IMG/VR virus record: IMGVR_UViG_3300015608_002795
Location: 1 to 64,000 of that record
Source: a virus
Taxonomy: Duplodnaviria; Heunggongvirae; Uroviricota; Caudoviricetes
Reading direction: 5' to 3' (one strand)
Length of the DNA stretch: 64,000 nt
In this document: piece by piece, positions 46,157 through 54,485 of the stretch
Layout of the letters: each line of letters opens with the position of its first letter
How positions within the stretch are numbered: position 1 is the first letter of the stretch
Notes under the pieces: generated by a model
Seen by the model: the letters and a program-made list of their open reading frames with translations, nothing else
Told to the model about the DNA's origin: nothing
The model's database searches: none
Made by a program: the position numbers and the translations under genes

Positions 46157-46229
46157 GGTCGTTTAGGGGAGAGGTCGTCCCTGCCGGCATGTGGGCCGGA
46201 GAGCGGTGGTTCGAATCCATCAGCGACCG
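46157..46229 (+). tRNA. tRNA-His (GUG)-like with 6-nt anticodon loop ATGTGG and extra 5' G(-1)
   Basis: acceptor GGTCGTT/AGCGACC preceded by G; D-arm GGGG-AGAGGTCGT-CCCT; anticodon stem CCGGC/GCCGG perfect; T-arm GGTGG-TTCGAAT-CCATC. Confidence 0.5.
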
Positions 46230-46284
46230 CGATTCCCTGATGAAGGGACTAGTTAGACTTCTAAGGTTATCAAAAAGTCAGGAT

Positions 46285-46355
46285 TGTTCAATGGTGTAAC
46301 GGTAGCACAACAGGTTTTGGTCCTGTTAGTCGTGGTTCGAATCCACGTTGAATAA
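46285..46355 (+). tRNA. tRNA-Gln (UUG)
   Basis: acceptor TGTTCAA/TTGAATA; D-stem GTG/CAC; anticodon stem ACAGG/CCTGT with loop TTTTGGT; T-arm CGTGG-TTCGAAT-CCACG. Confidence 0.65.
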
Positions 46356-46361
46356 CAAGTT

Positions 46362-46445
46362 GGTCCCGGCGCATAATGGCTGGTGCAGCGGATTGTCACT
46401 CCGTGGATTTAAAAACCGTAGTGGGTTCGATTCCCATCGGGACCG
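46362..46445 (+). tRNA. tRNA with GUC (Asp) anticodon and 16-nt variable region
   Basis: acceptor GGTCCCG/CGGGACC perfect; anticodon stem GCGGA/TCCGT with loop TTGTCAC; T-arm GTGGG-TTCGATT-CCCAT. Confidence 0.55.
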
Positions 46446-46452
46446 CAAATAA

Positions 46453-46529
46453 CGAGATGTTGGGGAGTCCGGTTACCCCGCCTGCTTTGGGAGCAGGAGA
46501 ACTCGCAGGTTCGAATCCTGCCATCTCGA
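46453..46529 (+). tRNA. tRNA-Pro (UGG)
   Basis: acceptor CGAGATG/CATCTCG perfect; D-stem GGGG/CCCC; anticodon stem CCTGC/GCAGG with loop TTTGGGA; T-arm GCAGG-TTCGAAT-CCTGC. Confidence 0.7.
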
Positions 46530-46543
46530 CAAAAATTAAAAAA

Positions 46544-46600
46544 TGAGAATCGTAATATCATATCAGCAACAGCAACAACAAATTGATCGAACAGATTGAT
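46544..46600 (+). CDS. 18-codon mini-ORF with a run of six Gln codons (MRIVISYQQQQQQIDRTD)
   Basis: ATG with upstream A-rich leader; CAG/CAA x6; followed by the terminator at 46621-46659; embedded in a tRNA-Gln-rich array. Confidence 0.3.
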
Positions 46601-46620
46601 AAGGAGTTGTATTGCTAAAC

Positions 46621-46659
46621 TAACCCCACTCAATTTGTTTTGAGTGGGGTTTTTTATTT
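46621..46659 (+). terminator. intrinsic terminator (AACCCCACTCAA..TTGAGTGGGGTT + T-run)
   Basis: 10-bp stem and TTTTTTATTT. Confidence 0.6.
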
Positions 46660-46663
46660 AAAT

Positions 46664-46734
46664 TGTCTCGTGGTGAAGTGGTATCACGGCGGTCTTTGGT
46701 CCCGCAGGTCCTGGTTCAATTCCAGGCGAGATAA
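46664..46734 (+). tRNA. tRNA-Gln (UUG), T31:C39 mismatch
   Basis: acceptor TGTCTCG/CGAGATA; D-stem GTGA/TCAC; loop CTTTGGT; T-arm CCTGG-TTCAATT-CCAGG. Confidence 0.55.
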
Positions 46735-46741
46735 CAAATAT

Positions 46742-46812
46742 TTTAGGGTCATCTAACGGCAGGATGGGAAGCTTTGAACTTTCAAATGCTGGTTCGAATC
46801 CAGCCCCTAAAA
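46742..46812 (+). tRNA. tRNA-Gln (UUG), T1:A72
   Basis: acceptor TTTAGGG/CCCTAAA perfect; anticodon stem GGAAG/CTTTC with loop CTTTGAA; T-arm GCTGG-TTCGAAT-CCAGC. Confidence 0.55.
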
Positions 46813-46817
46813 CACAT

Positions 46818-46899
46818 TGAGATGTAGCGTAATGGTAACGCATCCGCCTTTGAAGCGGTGGAAGAAATTCCCCTGTAGGTTCGACCCCTACCATCTCAA
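46818..46899 (+). tRNA. tRNA with UUG (Gln) anticodon and 15-nt variable arm (GGAA/TTCC)
   Basis: acceptor TGAGATG/CATCTCA perfect; D-arm GCG-TAATGGTAA-CGC; loop CTTTGAA; T-arm GTAGG-TTCGACC-CCTAC. Confidence 0.5.
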
Positions 46900-46902
46900 C
46901 AT

Positions 46903-46976
46903 TGCTCTATTGTATATGGGTTTGATTACGTCTGTCTTTGAAGCAGAAGAGCTTGGTTCGAGTCCAAGTGGAGCAA
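46903..46976 (+). tRNA. tRNA-Gln (UUG)
   Basis: acceptor TGCTCTA/TGGAGCA; anticodon stem TCTGT/GCAGA with loop CTTTGAA; T-arm CTTGG-TTCGAGT-CCAAG. Confidence 0.55.
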
Positions 46977-46982
46977 CTAAAT

Positions 46983-47055
46983 TGACTTGTCGTATAACGG
47001 TTAATTACACTCGCCTCTGAAGCGAAAAATATTGGTTCGAGTCCAATCAAGTTAA
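46983..47055 (+). tRNA. tRNA-Gln (CUG)
   Basis: acceptor TGACTTG/CAAGTTA; D-stem GTA/TAC; anticodon stem CTCGC/GCGAA with loop CTCTGAA; T-arm ATTGG-TTCGAGT-CCAAT. Confidence 0.6.
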
Positions 47056-47065
47056 CATTTTAGTT

Positions 47066-47305
47066 TTGATATATATAGTAAAGATGAAAAAATATTATGT
47101 AGATCAAAAGGTTTTGTTAAGAAAAAATTTATTACTAGGTCAAGTCGTTAGAATACTACCTAATGGTAATCTTTTGGTTTCATTTTATGAAAATAACATC
47201 TTTAAATATGAAGTTGTAACTGATGATGCTGAAATTGTTGAGGAAAAAGAATATGAAGTTATACGTCATAGGATCAACACTATCAATAAATTACTTGGAG
47301 ATTAA
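47066..47305 (+). CDS. hypothetical protein (79 aa)
   Basis: intact ORF. Confidence 0.4.
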   Translation: MIYIVKMKKYYVDQKVLLRKNLLLGQVVRILPNGNLLVSFYENNIFKYEVVTDDAEIVEEKEYEVIRHRINTINKLLGD

Positions 47306-47369
47306 AAATTCATATCCTTTATCATATTTCTAATGTTGGTAGGTTTTTAAGTGTATCATAAATTATATA

Positions 47370-47750
47370 TTAAATTCCTAAATCATTAAGTCTTTTTTGT
47401 CTTGTTTCTTCCTCACCACATTCTTCCTTATAAAAAATATAATATTTTTCTATAGCATCTGCAATTAATATATCAAACATTTTTAAAAATTCATAACCCT
47501 CATCAACCGTCTCATTTATTCTTTTTATTGAAAAATAGAATTTCTTTTGAAATAACTCCTTATCATTATAGCAAACATCATTATTTTCGGTATATGAAAC
47601 GTCTAGCTTTAACCCATTATTAGTCAATTTAATGGAGGCATCTAGCAATTCAGAATAGCTTTTACATTGAATAGTAATTGGTGCAAATTGGTAAATATCA
47701 TACTTAACATTTTTAATGATAACCATACTATATTGATTTTTTAATAACAT
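47370..47750 (-). CDS. hypothetical protein (126 aa)
   Basis: isolated minus-strand ORF. Confidence 0.45.
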   Translation of the reverse strand: MLLKNQYSMVIIKNVKYDIYQFAPITIQCKSYSELLDASIKLTNNGLKLDVSYTENNDVCYNDKELFQKKFYFSIKRINETVDEGYEFLKMFDILIADAIEKYYIFYKEECGEEETRQKRLNDLGI

Positions 47751-47812
47751 GTAACATCATGATATATATACTAATACATATATATAAAAATCAACTTCTT
47801 AATATATAAAAT

Positions 47813-48262
47813 ATGAATATAGGATTATATAAAATATCATTTAACACTGATATACCTTACCTAAACGATATATATGGGTTATTAACTGATATAGAAAAGG
47901 AAAGAATACAATCGTTCTCTATTTTATCATCATTTTATTACAACTCTAATAATAAGTATATTGGATATTTAATCATTCCACATAATGAAATGAAAGAGTA
48001 TGAAAATATTCTAAATAACAATTTAATTCCTTACCTTTGTGAAGACTATAGTGATTTAGTTATAAATAATGAAATAAATTTAGAACTCGATTTAGAATAT
48101 TATATTGATTTTTATAATTATATTGATTATGATAACTTTTTATTTGAATTGAATTCGTGGATATTAAAAAATTTAAATTTGGATTCTATTTTAGACAGAA
48201 TCAATTTATACGGAGTTGAAACTTTAAGACCTATAGATAAAGAATATTTAAAATCAGTCTAA
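47813..48262 (+). CDS. hypothetical protein (149 aa)
   Basis: intact ORF. Confidence 0.45.
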   Translation: MNIGLYKISFNTDIPYLNDIYGLLTDIEKERIQSFSILSSFYYNSNNKYIGYLIIPHNEMKEYENILNNNLIPYLCEDYSDLVINNEINLELDLEYYIDFYNYIDYDNFLFELNSWILKNLNLDSILDRINLYGVETLRPIDKEYLKSV

Positions 48263-48296
48263 AACATTTTATCTATTCACCAATAAAATTAAGAGA

Positions 48297-48629
48297 ATGA
48301 CAATTGTTTTAAATAAAATTTACCCGAAATTAGATTTAAGGAGACTAATAGTTAATAGGATTAATGTTTTAGTCTATACTTATAAAAGGGAATTAGATAT
48401 TGAATCTATTTACTTCAATACACCAATTGATGGAATAAAATTCTATAAATTATTCCCTCATTATACAGAAACAGATTTTGTCTCGGATTGGTTTTCAAAA
48501 AGAATTAGTGGTAGTACCCTATTAAAAATTTTAGATTGTTTAAAAAATCGAGATTTTTATGGTTATTGTAGAACTACAACAAACCAACTTGTAAAAATCA
48601 CACCTAGAAAAAAAATTAAAAATGTTTAA
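48297..48629 (+). CDS. hypothetical protein (110 aa)
   Basis: intact ORF. Confidence 0.4.
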   Translation: MTIVLNKIYPKLDLRRLIVNRINVLVYTYKRELDIESIYFNTPIDGIKFYKLFPHYTETDFVSDWFSKRISGSTLLKILDCLKNRDFYGYCRTTTNQLVKITPRKKIKNV

Positions 48630-49338
48630 AAAAGATTATAAATATAGTATAAATTACGAAACAGAAGGAAACACTGATTGCAAAAATCATGGATGTGATG
48701 ATGAAGGAATATGCCGTTGTTTTCGCATAACAAATGTTGTAATAAGAGATATTGATGTTCTATACATATCAAATTCTATTTTTAGTGAAATATTTAACAC
48801 AAAATCCACGCAATATAAGAGGGATAATAAATTAAATCAAATTTTGTACGGATTTAATCAAGAAATTGATCTTTACTGTATAGATAGAATATTGAGGATT
48901 AATAAATTATGGGATCCAGAAAATTGGGATCCTCATTGGAGTAGTGGGTACTATGGTGATGAAGTAGATTCAATAGAAATTTCTGATGTAGTTTATCAAA
49001 AAATATGCACAGATATTGATCATATTTTATCTCTTCCAAATTTAAAAGAAAAAATTGAGTATCTACTAATTCTAGAATATGGATATTTATTAGAAAAAAT
49101 AAAAACACGAAACTATGAAGTTATTGAAGTAAATAAATCAGATATAATTTTTGGACAAGACTTCTATCGAAAAAAAGTTGACAATGAATTAGAGTATTAT
49201 ACGGATAATCATTTCGATTTAATAAAGGGAGTATGTTTATTGGATGATGGTAAATGGAGGGTAATAGATGGATATCATAGATTATTAAGTAGTAAAAAGG
49301 ATAAGGTAAAAATTATAAGTATATATGAAAACAAGTAA
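48622..49338 (+). CDS. protein with C-terminal ParB/sulfiredoxin-like nuclease motif
   Basis: 'WRVIDGYHRLLSS' resembles the ParB-like 'DGHHR' box; Cys/His cluster near the N-terminus. Confidence 0.5.
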   Translation: MFKKDYKYSINYETEGNTDCKNHGCDDEGICRCFRITNVVIRDIDVLYISNSIFSEIFNTKSTQYKRDNKLNQILYGFNQEIDLYCIDRILRINKLWDPENWDPHWSSGYYGDEVDSIEISDVVYQKICTDIDHILSLPNLKEKIEYLLILEYGYLLEKIKTRNYEVIEVNKSDIIFGQDFYRKKVDNELEYYTDNHFDLIKGVCLLDDGKWRVIDGYHRLLSSKKDKVKIISIYENK

Positions 49339-49696
49339 TATTGTGTCAGAGTCAGATATACATTTATATTTAGACTATTTTAAAAAACTAAATGAAGATC
49401 AAATACAAGATGAAATATCATTATGGGAAAATAGAATTCAAAATGATGATTATACACACTATGAATTTTTAACTTTTTTAAAAGTTCTAGAGTTATTAGA
49501 AGTAGATTCTATTAACGATATACAAACAGTTGATTTTTTAAGTAATACAATTGAGGAATTAAAGGATTTGTCTGATTGTACACTAGATAAATATGAAGGA
49601 TCAGAGAGTCAAACAAAGTTATTAGATGATATAAATAAATCATTAACAGAATGTGAATTGTTATATAAATATTACAACGAAAAAATTATTAATTAG
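49325..49696 (+). CDS. hypothetical acidic protein (123 aa)
   Basis: intact ORF. Confidence 0.4.
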   Translation: MKTSNIVSESDIHLYLDYFKKLNEDQIQDEISLWENRIQNDDYTHYEFLTFLKVLELLEVDSINDIQTVDFLSNTIEELKDLSDCTLDKYEGSESQTKLLDDINKSLTECELLYKYYNEKIIN

Positions 49697-50260
49697 ATGG
49701 TATCAAATAGAGAAACAAAGTACAAAGGGCATTTCAAAGTTGATGAATTAACCCTTAAATCCAGAAGTGGGAAAGAAATCAAAAGAGAAGTAATGGTTCG
49801 TAAAGATGCTGTTGCAGCGATTGTTTATGATACTAAAAAAGATAAATTTATTTTTGTCTCACAATGGAGGCCTGGTAGCAATTCTGATATTCTTGAAATT
49901 GTAGCAGGTACATTGGATGTACCTGGTGAGGACCCAAGGGAAGCTATGATAAGAGAAATTGACGAAGAAATTGGATATAAAACAGACTCAATTGTTTTAA
50001 TTGATGAATGTTATATGTCACCAGGCGGTACTACTGAGGTAATTAGTATTTACTATTGTGAAGTGTCAGAACAAACACATGTAGGTGGTGGATTAGAAGA
50101 TGAGGATATTGACATTGTTGTAATGGATTTAAAAGAGGTTCTTTCAACTAGATTTAAAGATGCTAAAACAATTATTGGTGTGAACTACATCAAATATAAT
50201 CAAGGTAAATTTTCAGTAAAATTTATACCTGCTACTAAAAATAATAAAAATGATGATTAA
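49697..50260 (+). CDS. Nudix hydrolase (ADP-ribose pyrophosphatase-like)
   Basis: Nudix box 'GTLDVPGEDPREAMIREIDEEIGY' (Gx5Ex7REUxEExGU). Confidence 0.8.
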   Translation: MVSNRETKYKGHFKVDELTLKSRSGKEIKREVMVRKDAVAAIVYDTKKDKFIFVSQWRPGSNSDILEIVAGTLDVPGEDPREAMIREIDEEIGYKTDSIVLIDECYMSPGGTTEVISIYYCEVSEQTHVGGGLEDEDIDIVVMDLKEVLSTRFKDAKTIIGVNYIKYNQGKFSVKFIPATKNNKNDD

Positions 50261-50957
50261 AGAATATTCTGAATATTCGGGTAAAAGTGTTGATATACTT
50301 GAATCTAATATATCTATTTGTAATAAATTAATTACTGAAGAAATCAGTTCATATCAAAAAAATAGAGAAAAAAGCACAATCGATATATTAGTAGATTCAA
50401 AAAATTTAATCTATGATATTATCAGGTATCCATTTAATATTGACAAAGCTCATTTACTTGCTAAGTATCAATTATTTTCACCATATATGATGAATATGAT
50501 TATATCGTCTGGATATACATCTTTTTTAGAATATATGGGTGGTGTGGGTGTTTTGTCTGAAATCATAAAAGAAAATTTAATTAACTCAAAAGTAACATTT
50601 AATAGTATCAACAATGAGATTTTTCATTTCTCAAAATGGAGGTTTGAGAAAAAAGGATTAGATATATCAACTATAGGATACATTGATAAAGATAAGAATT
50701 ATGATGTTGTTGTATCCGATGGATTTTTACAATATTTAGATTCCCCTGATCAAGAATATTTAGTTCAATCAATGATTGATATTACATCTAAAAATGGTTT
50801 ACTATGTCTACTTGTTGATATCAGTGGAGAAAATCCAGAATCTCCACTAAAGAAAAATGTTGATATCTTAAGAATACATTCTATTCTTGAGCAATCTGAT
50901 ATGGTTTGTATTTATGGAAAAAATACATTTTCATCACTATGGAAGAAAATGATTTAA
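50250..50957 (+). CDS. SAM-dependent methyltransferase-like protein
   Basis: glycine-rich motif I 'FLEYMGGVGVLS' and acidic 'VVVSDGFLQYL'; paralogue of 55479-56195 with a shared C-terminus 'YGKNTFSSxWKK'. Confidence 0.5.
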   Translation: MMIKEYSEYSGKSVDILESNISICNKLITEEISSYQKNREKSTIDILVDSKNLIYDIIRYPFNIDKAHLLAKYQLFSPYMMNMIISSGYTSFLEYMGGVGVLSEIIKENLINSKVTFNSINNEIFHFSKWRFEKKGLDISTIGYIDKDKNYDVVVSDGFLQYLDSPDQEYLVQSMIDITSKNGLLCLLVDISGENPESPLKKNVDILRIHSILEQSDMVCIYGKNTFSSLWKKMI

Positions 50958-51307
50958 AGGAATTACTGGAATATATGAGAGAGGAACTTAAAGATGATCT
51001 GTTTTCTAAGAAATTTTTCGTATCTTTGGTTAAGAATGTTATATTCTATAATGTAAAAAAAGATAAAATATATTCTTTTAAAAAATTATCAGTATTGGGA
51101 TTTTCGATATTAATATCTCAATATAGAACCAAAGAATTTTTCAAAGATGATGATAAATATGATTATATGAGGTTTTTTAAACTAAATTCTAAAGAACTAG
51201 ATTCGGATTCAGTGAAGGGATTTATTATTTTGAAAAATAATATCGAAAATTTAGAATATATAAAGAGTATATCAAGAGATAACAAATTAAAAAAGATAAT
51301 AGAATGA
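50939..51307 (+). CDS. hypothetical protein (about 122 aa from the ATG at 50939)
   Basis: track ORF 50906 overlaps the methyltransferase end; internal ATG chosen. Confidence 0.4.
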   Translation: MEENDLKELLEYMREELKDDLFSKKFFVSLVKNVIFYNVKKDKIYSFKKLSVLGFSILISQYRTKEFFKDDDKYDYMRFFKLNSKELDSDSVKGFIILKNNIENLEYIKSISRDNKLKKIIE

Positions 51308-51795
51308 ATGTAAATAAATTAAAAGAACCTTATGTCCTAATTTTAATTGGACCTCCATTGGTTGGTAAAACAACATGGATAAAAAAGAATTTTGCTAATA
51401 AGGATGTAAAACTAATAAGTCGAGATCAGATAGTTTTAGATGTATATGGTAGTGATGATTATGACGAAGCATTCAAAAATGTTGATCAGAAAAGGGTTAA
51501 TAATGTATTAGAATCAACACTATTAAAAGCCTCGGATAATGGTGAGAATGTTATTGTGGATATGACAAACTTAACTTCTAAAAGAAGAAAACACACACTA
51601 AGTTATTTTGATGATAACTACAGTAAGATTGCGGTTATTTTTCCACCTGTTGATTGGGATGAGATTCAAAAAAGAAATGAAAAAAGGAAAAAAGAAGAAA
51701 ACAAAAATATTCCTGAACACGTATTAAAAACTATGTTATCTTCTTATCAACCAGTTTCACATGAAGAAGGATTCGATAAAGTTGTTTCATTATGA
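51304..51795 (+). CDS. P-loop kinase (polynucleotide-kinase-like kinase domain)
   Basis: Walker A 'LILIGPPLVGKTTWIKK' at the N-terminus and a Walker-B-like 'VIVDMTN'; 163 aa. Confidence 0.6.
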   Translation: MNVNKLKEPYVLILIGPPLVGKTTWIKKNFANKDVKLISRDQIVLDVYGSDDYDEAFKNVDQKRVNNVLESTLLKASDNGENVIVDMTNLTSKRRKHTLSYFDDNYSKIAVIFPPVDWDEIQKRNEKRKKEENKNIPEHVLKTMLSSYQPVSHEEGFDKVVSL

Positions 51796-52322
51796 ATGAA
51801 CTAGAAATATTATATAAAGAAGCTATGGAAAGGCTTGAGTGGCTAGAAAATGAATTAAAACGCCGGCCGTCTGATGTTATTAATGGTAGGATCTTAGAAT
51901 TAAATAATATCATTATTAAAATTCAACAAATATTAATATCAAAGATTAAATAATTATCGTACTTCAGGTGCCTTGTTTGTTATCATATCAGATATAATTT
52001 TCCTAATTAGGAAAACTAAACCCTCAAATTGATCACTTTTAAATAAAAAATTTGGATTTCTATCATAGTTATTAATATTTCTAACTTCTATTAAAAACCA
52101 TTCATCTTTTATTTTCGAAATATCTATTTCCTTTTTTCTAACTTTTAGTCGAATAAGACTATTATATATTTTTTCCAATTTAGAATTAATGTCAAAATTA
52201 TTAATTATATCTTTGATAGTATTAATTTCATCATCAGTGAAATTATCTATATCATAATTGTATATATTATTTTTTGAAATTTGAATAAAAATTTGTATAT
52301 TTAATTACAAAATAATCTAATT

Positions 52323-52940
52323 ATGACTAAGTATGATAAGATGAAAATTTCTCTACGTTATTGGTTATTGGGAATGGCTCAATCAAATCCTGATTATCTG
52401 AAATGTGTTGAGGCTTTAGAATTCGCATCTAAGTTTCATACCGGAAAACGTAAGGATGGTGTAACAAACGAATTTGAGCACCAATTAACAATTACACATT
52501 ACATCAGAAGTCTTATTAACAACTTGGAATATCCATCTGAAACAATTTGTGTTTCATTATTACATGATGTTCCAGAAGATTATGACGTTTCGTTTGATGA
52601 ACTTACTCAAAAATTTGGACCTATTGTAAGTGGATCTACTGAAAAATTAACTAAGTTTTATAGAGGAGTAAAGAAGACTAACGAGGTTTATTTTAGTGGA
52701 ATTGCATCTGACCCAATTGCCTCAATTGGAAAAGGTGGTGATAGGATTCATAATTTACAATCAATTGTTGGAGTTTTTACCAAAACAAAACAAGAGGAAT
52801 ATGTTAAAGAAGCCGAAGATTGGATTTTACCATCATTAAAAGAAGCAAGAAGATTATTTCCTAAACAAGAACTCGCTTATGAAAATATAAAACTTATGAT
52901 GAAATCACAAATAGAATTAATAAAATATACTTGGAATTAA
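52323..52940 (+). CDS. HD-domain phosphohydrolase
   Basis: 'EHQLTITHYIR..LLHDVPEDYD' His..HD..D metal-binding pattern (SpoT/MazG-like HD). Confidence 0.6.
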   Translation: MTKYDKMKISLRYWLLGMAQSNPDYLKCVEALEFASKFHTGKRKDGVTNEFEHQLTITHYIRSLINNLEYPSETICVSLLHDVPEDYDVSFDELTQKFGPIVSGSTEKLTKFYRGVKKTNEVYFSGIASDPIASIGKGGDRIHNLQSIVGVFTKTKQEEYVKEAEDWILPSLKEARRLFPKQELAYENIKLMMKSQIELIKYTWN

Positions 52941-52949
52941 AAATAAACT

Positions 52950-53645
52950 ATGCCGAATTACGTAATTAATACAATCAAAGTTGAAGGTGAACAATCCATT
53001 ATTGATGAATTAATGTTCTCTGTTAAATCAGATGAATCTAATTTTGACTTTGAAAAAATTATTCCATCGCCAGAGTCTATGAAAATAGAGTCTGGTACTA
53101 ATACTGATATCTCCTTAGCTATTTATGAATTTGAAAAAACTGGATCAGATATTAGATTAGTAAATTATCTATCATATCCTTGGGTAAAGACAGAAAATAT
53201 AACAAATACATCCGAACTCTGTGAATACATTAAAAAGTGTAATAGATACAGTAAAGAATTAGGTAGACTTGCCTATGAAAATATAATCCAATATGGATGT
53301 AAAGATTGGTATGAGTGGAATTGTAAATACTGGGGCACAAAATGGAATTCTTCTGATTCTTCATCTTGTGGAAATACTATATCATTTCAGACAGCATGGT
53401 CTACTCCATATCCTGTTATTGAAGAGTTGTCAAAAAAGTACCCTACAATTAGCTTTACTATAAATTATGCAGATGAAGATATTGGTAGTAATTGTGGAAC
53501 TTATAAATTACAAAATGGTAATCTATTAGAAAATATAAAAGGAGATACTGTATTTGCTTGTGAAATGTGGGGATATGATCCCGCAGACTATGATGAAGCT
53601 TATGCGAGAGATAAAAGAATTGATGAAATAATTGAAGAAAAATGA
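52950..53645 (+). CDS. hypothetical protein (231 aa), Cys-rich
   Basis: intact ORF. Confidence 0.5.
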   Translation: MPNYVINTIKVEGEQSIIDELMFSVKSDESNFDFEKIIPSPESMKIESGTNTDISLAIYEFEKTGSDIRLVNYLSYPWVKTENITNTSELCEYIKKCNRYSKELGRLAYENIIQYGCKDWYEWNCKYWGTKWNSSDSSSCGNTISFQTAWSTPYPVIEELSKKYPTISFTINYADEDIGSNCGTYKLQNGNLLENIKGDTVFACEMWGYDPADYDEAYARDKRIDEIIEEK

Positions 53646-54109
53646 TAACACTAATTGCAGCATGTTCGAAAAATAGAGTTATTGGTAAGGATAATCAATT
53701 ACCATGGCATCTGTCCGAGGACTTAAAAAGATTTAAAAAAATTACGACTGATAAGGTTGTTTTAATGGGTCGTAAAACATATGAATCTATTGGAAGACCA
53801 CTTCCAAATAGAACTAATCTTGTCTTAACAAGAGACAGGACATTTGCACCACAAGGTGTTTATGTCTATAATCATTTAGAAGAAGTTTTACCAATATTCA
53901 ATGATATTGTTGTTATTGGTGGTGGTGAAATTTATAAACAAATGATTAAAAGAGCAGATGTTATAGAACTTACTTTAGTTGATAAAGAATTTGATGGAGA
54001 TGCCTATTTTCCAGAAATTGATGATACGTGGGAAGAAGAAAGTAGAGAAACGTTTAATAACGGTGATTTTGATTATCATTTTATAACTTATAAAAGAAAA
54101 TATGCTTAA
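53642..54109 (+). CDS. folA: dihydrofolate reductase
   Basis: 'MITLIAACSKNRVIGKDNQLPWHLSEDLKRFKKIT..VLMGRKTYESIG..NLVLTR' canonical DHFR N-terminal motifs; 155 aa. Confidence 0.85.
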   Translation: MITLIAACSKNRVIGKDNQLPWHLSEDLKRFKKITTDKVVLMGRKTYESIGRPLPNRTNLVLTRDRTFAPQGVYVYNHLEEVLPIFNDIVVIGGGEIYKQMIKRADVIELTLVDKEFDGDAYFPEIDDTWEEESRETFNNGDFDYHFITYKRKYA

Positions 54110-54485
54110 GAGTAAAACATTATATAGTGTAGACCCCAAAGACTATCTTAGAGGTAATATTCAAGTAACACTTAGGGTTATTGGTGTTTTTGATACGAAT
54201 AAGGTACATTGGTCATATTATGCTGTATCTACTACTACATCAGTATCAACTAACACTTTAAATATGACAGATGATATTGGAAGCGGTAAGGGAATAATTT
54301 CTTGTAATACTGATTTTGTAAGTCTACTCTTATTTTATCCGAATTTATACGGTGTTAAATTTGCTGATATGGATTCTGCCAAAAAATACATAGATGATTT
54401 TAAAATAAAATGGGAAACAGGCTCGAATAACACGATCCAAGAAGTTCGTGATCAAAAATTAAAAGAACTAACAGATGAAAGCTAA
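54102..54485 (+). CDS. hypothetical protein (127 aa)
   Basis: coupled ORF. Confidence 0.45.
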   Translation: MLKSKTLYSVDPKDYLRGNIQVTLRVIGVFDTNKVHWSYYAVSTTTSVSTNTLNMTDDIGSGKGIISCNTDFVSLLLFYPNLYGVKFADMDSAKKYIDDFKIKWETGSNNTIQEVRDQKLKELTDES

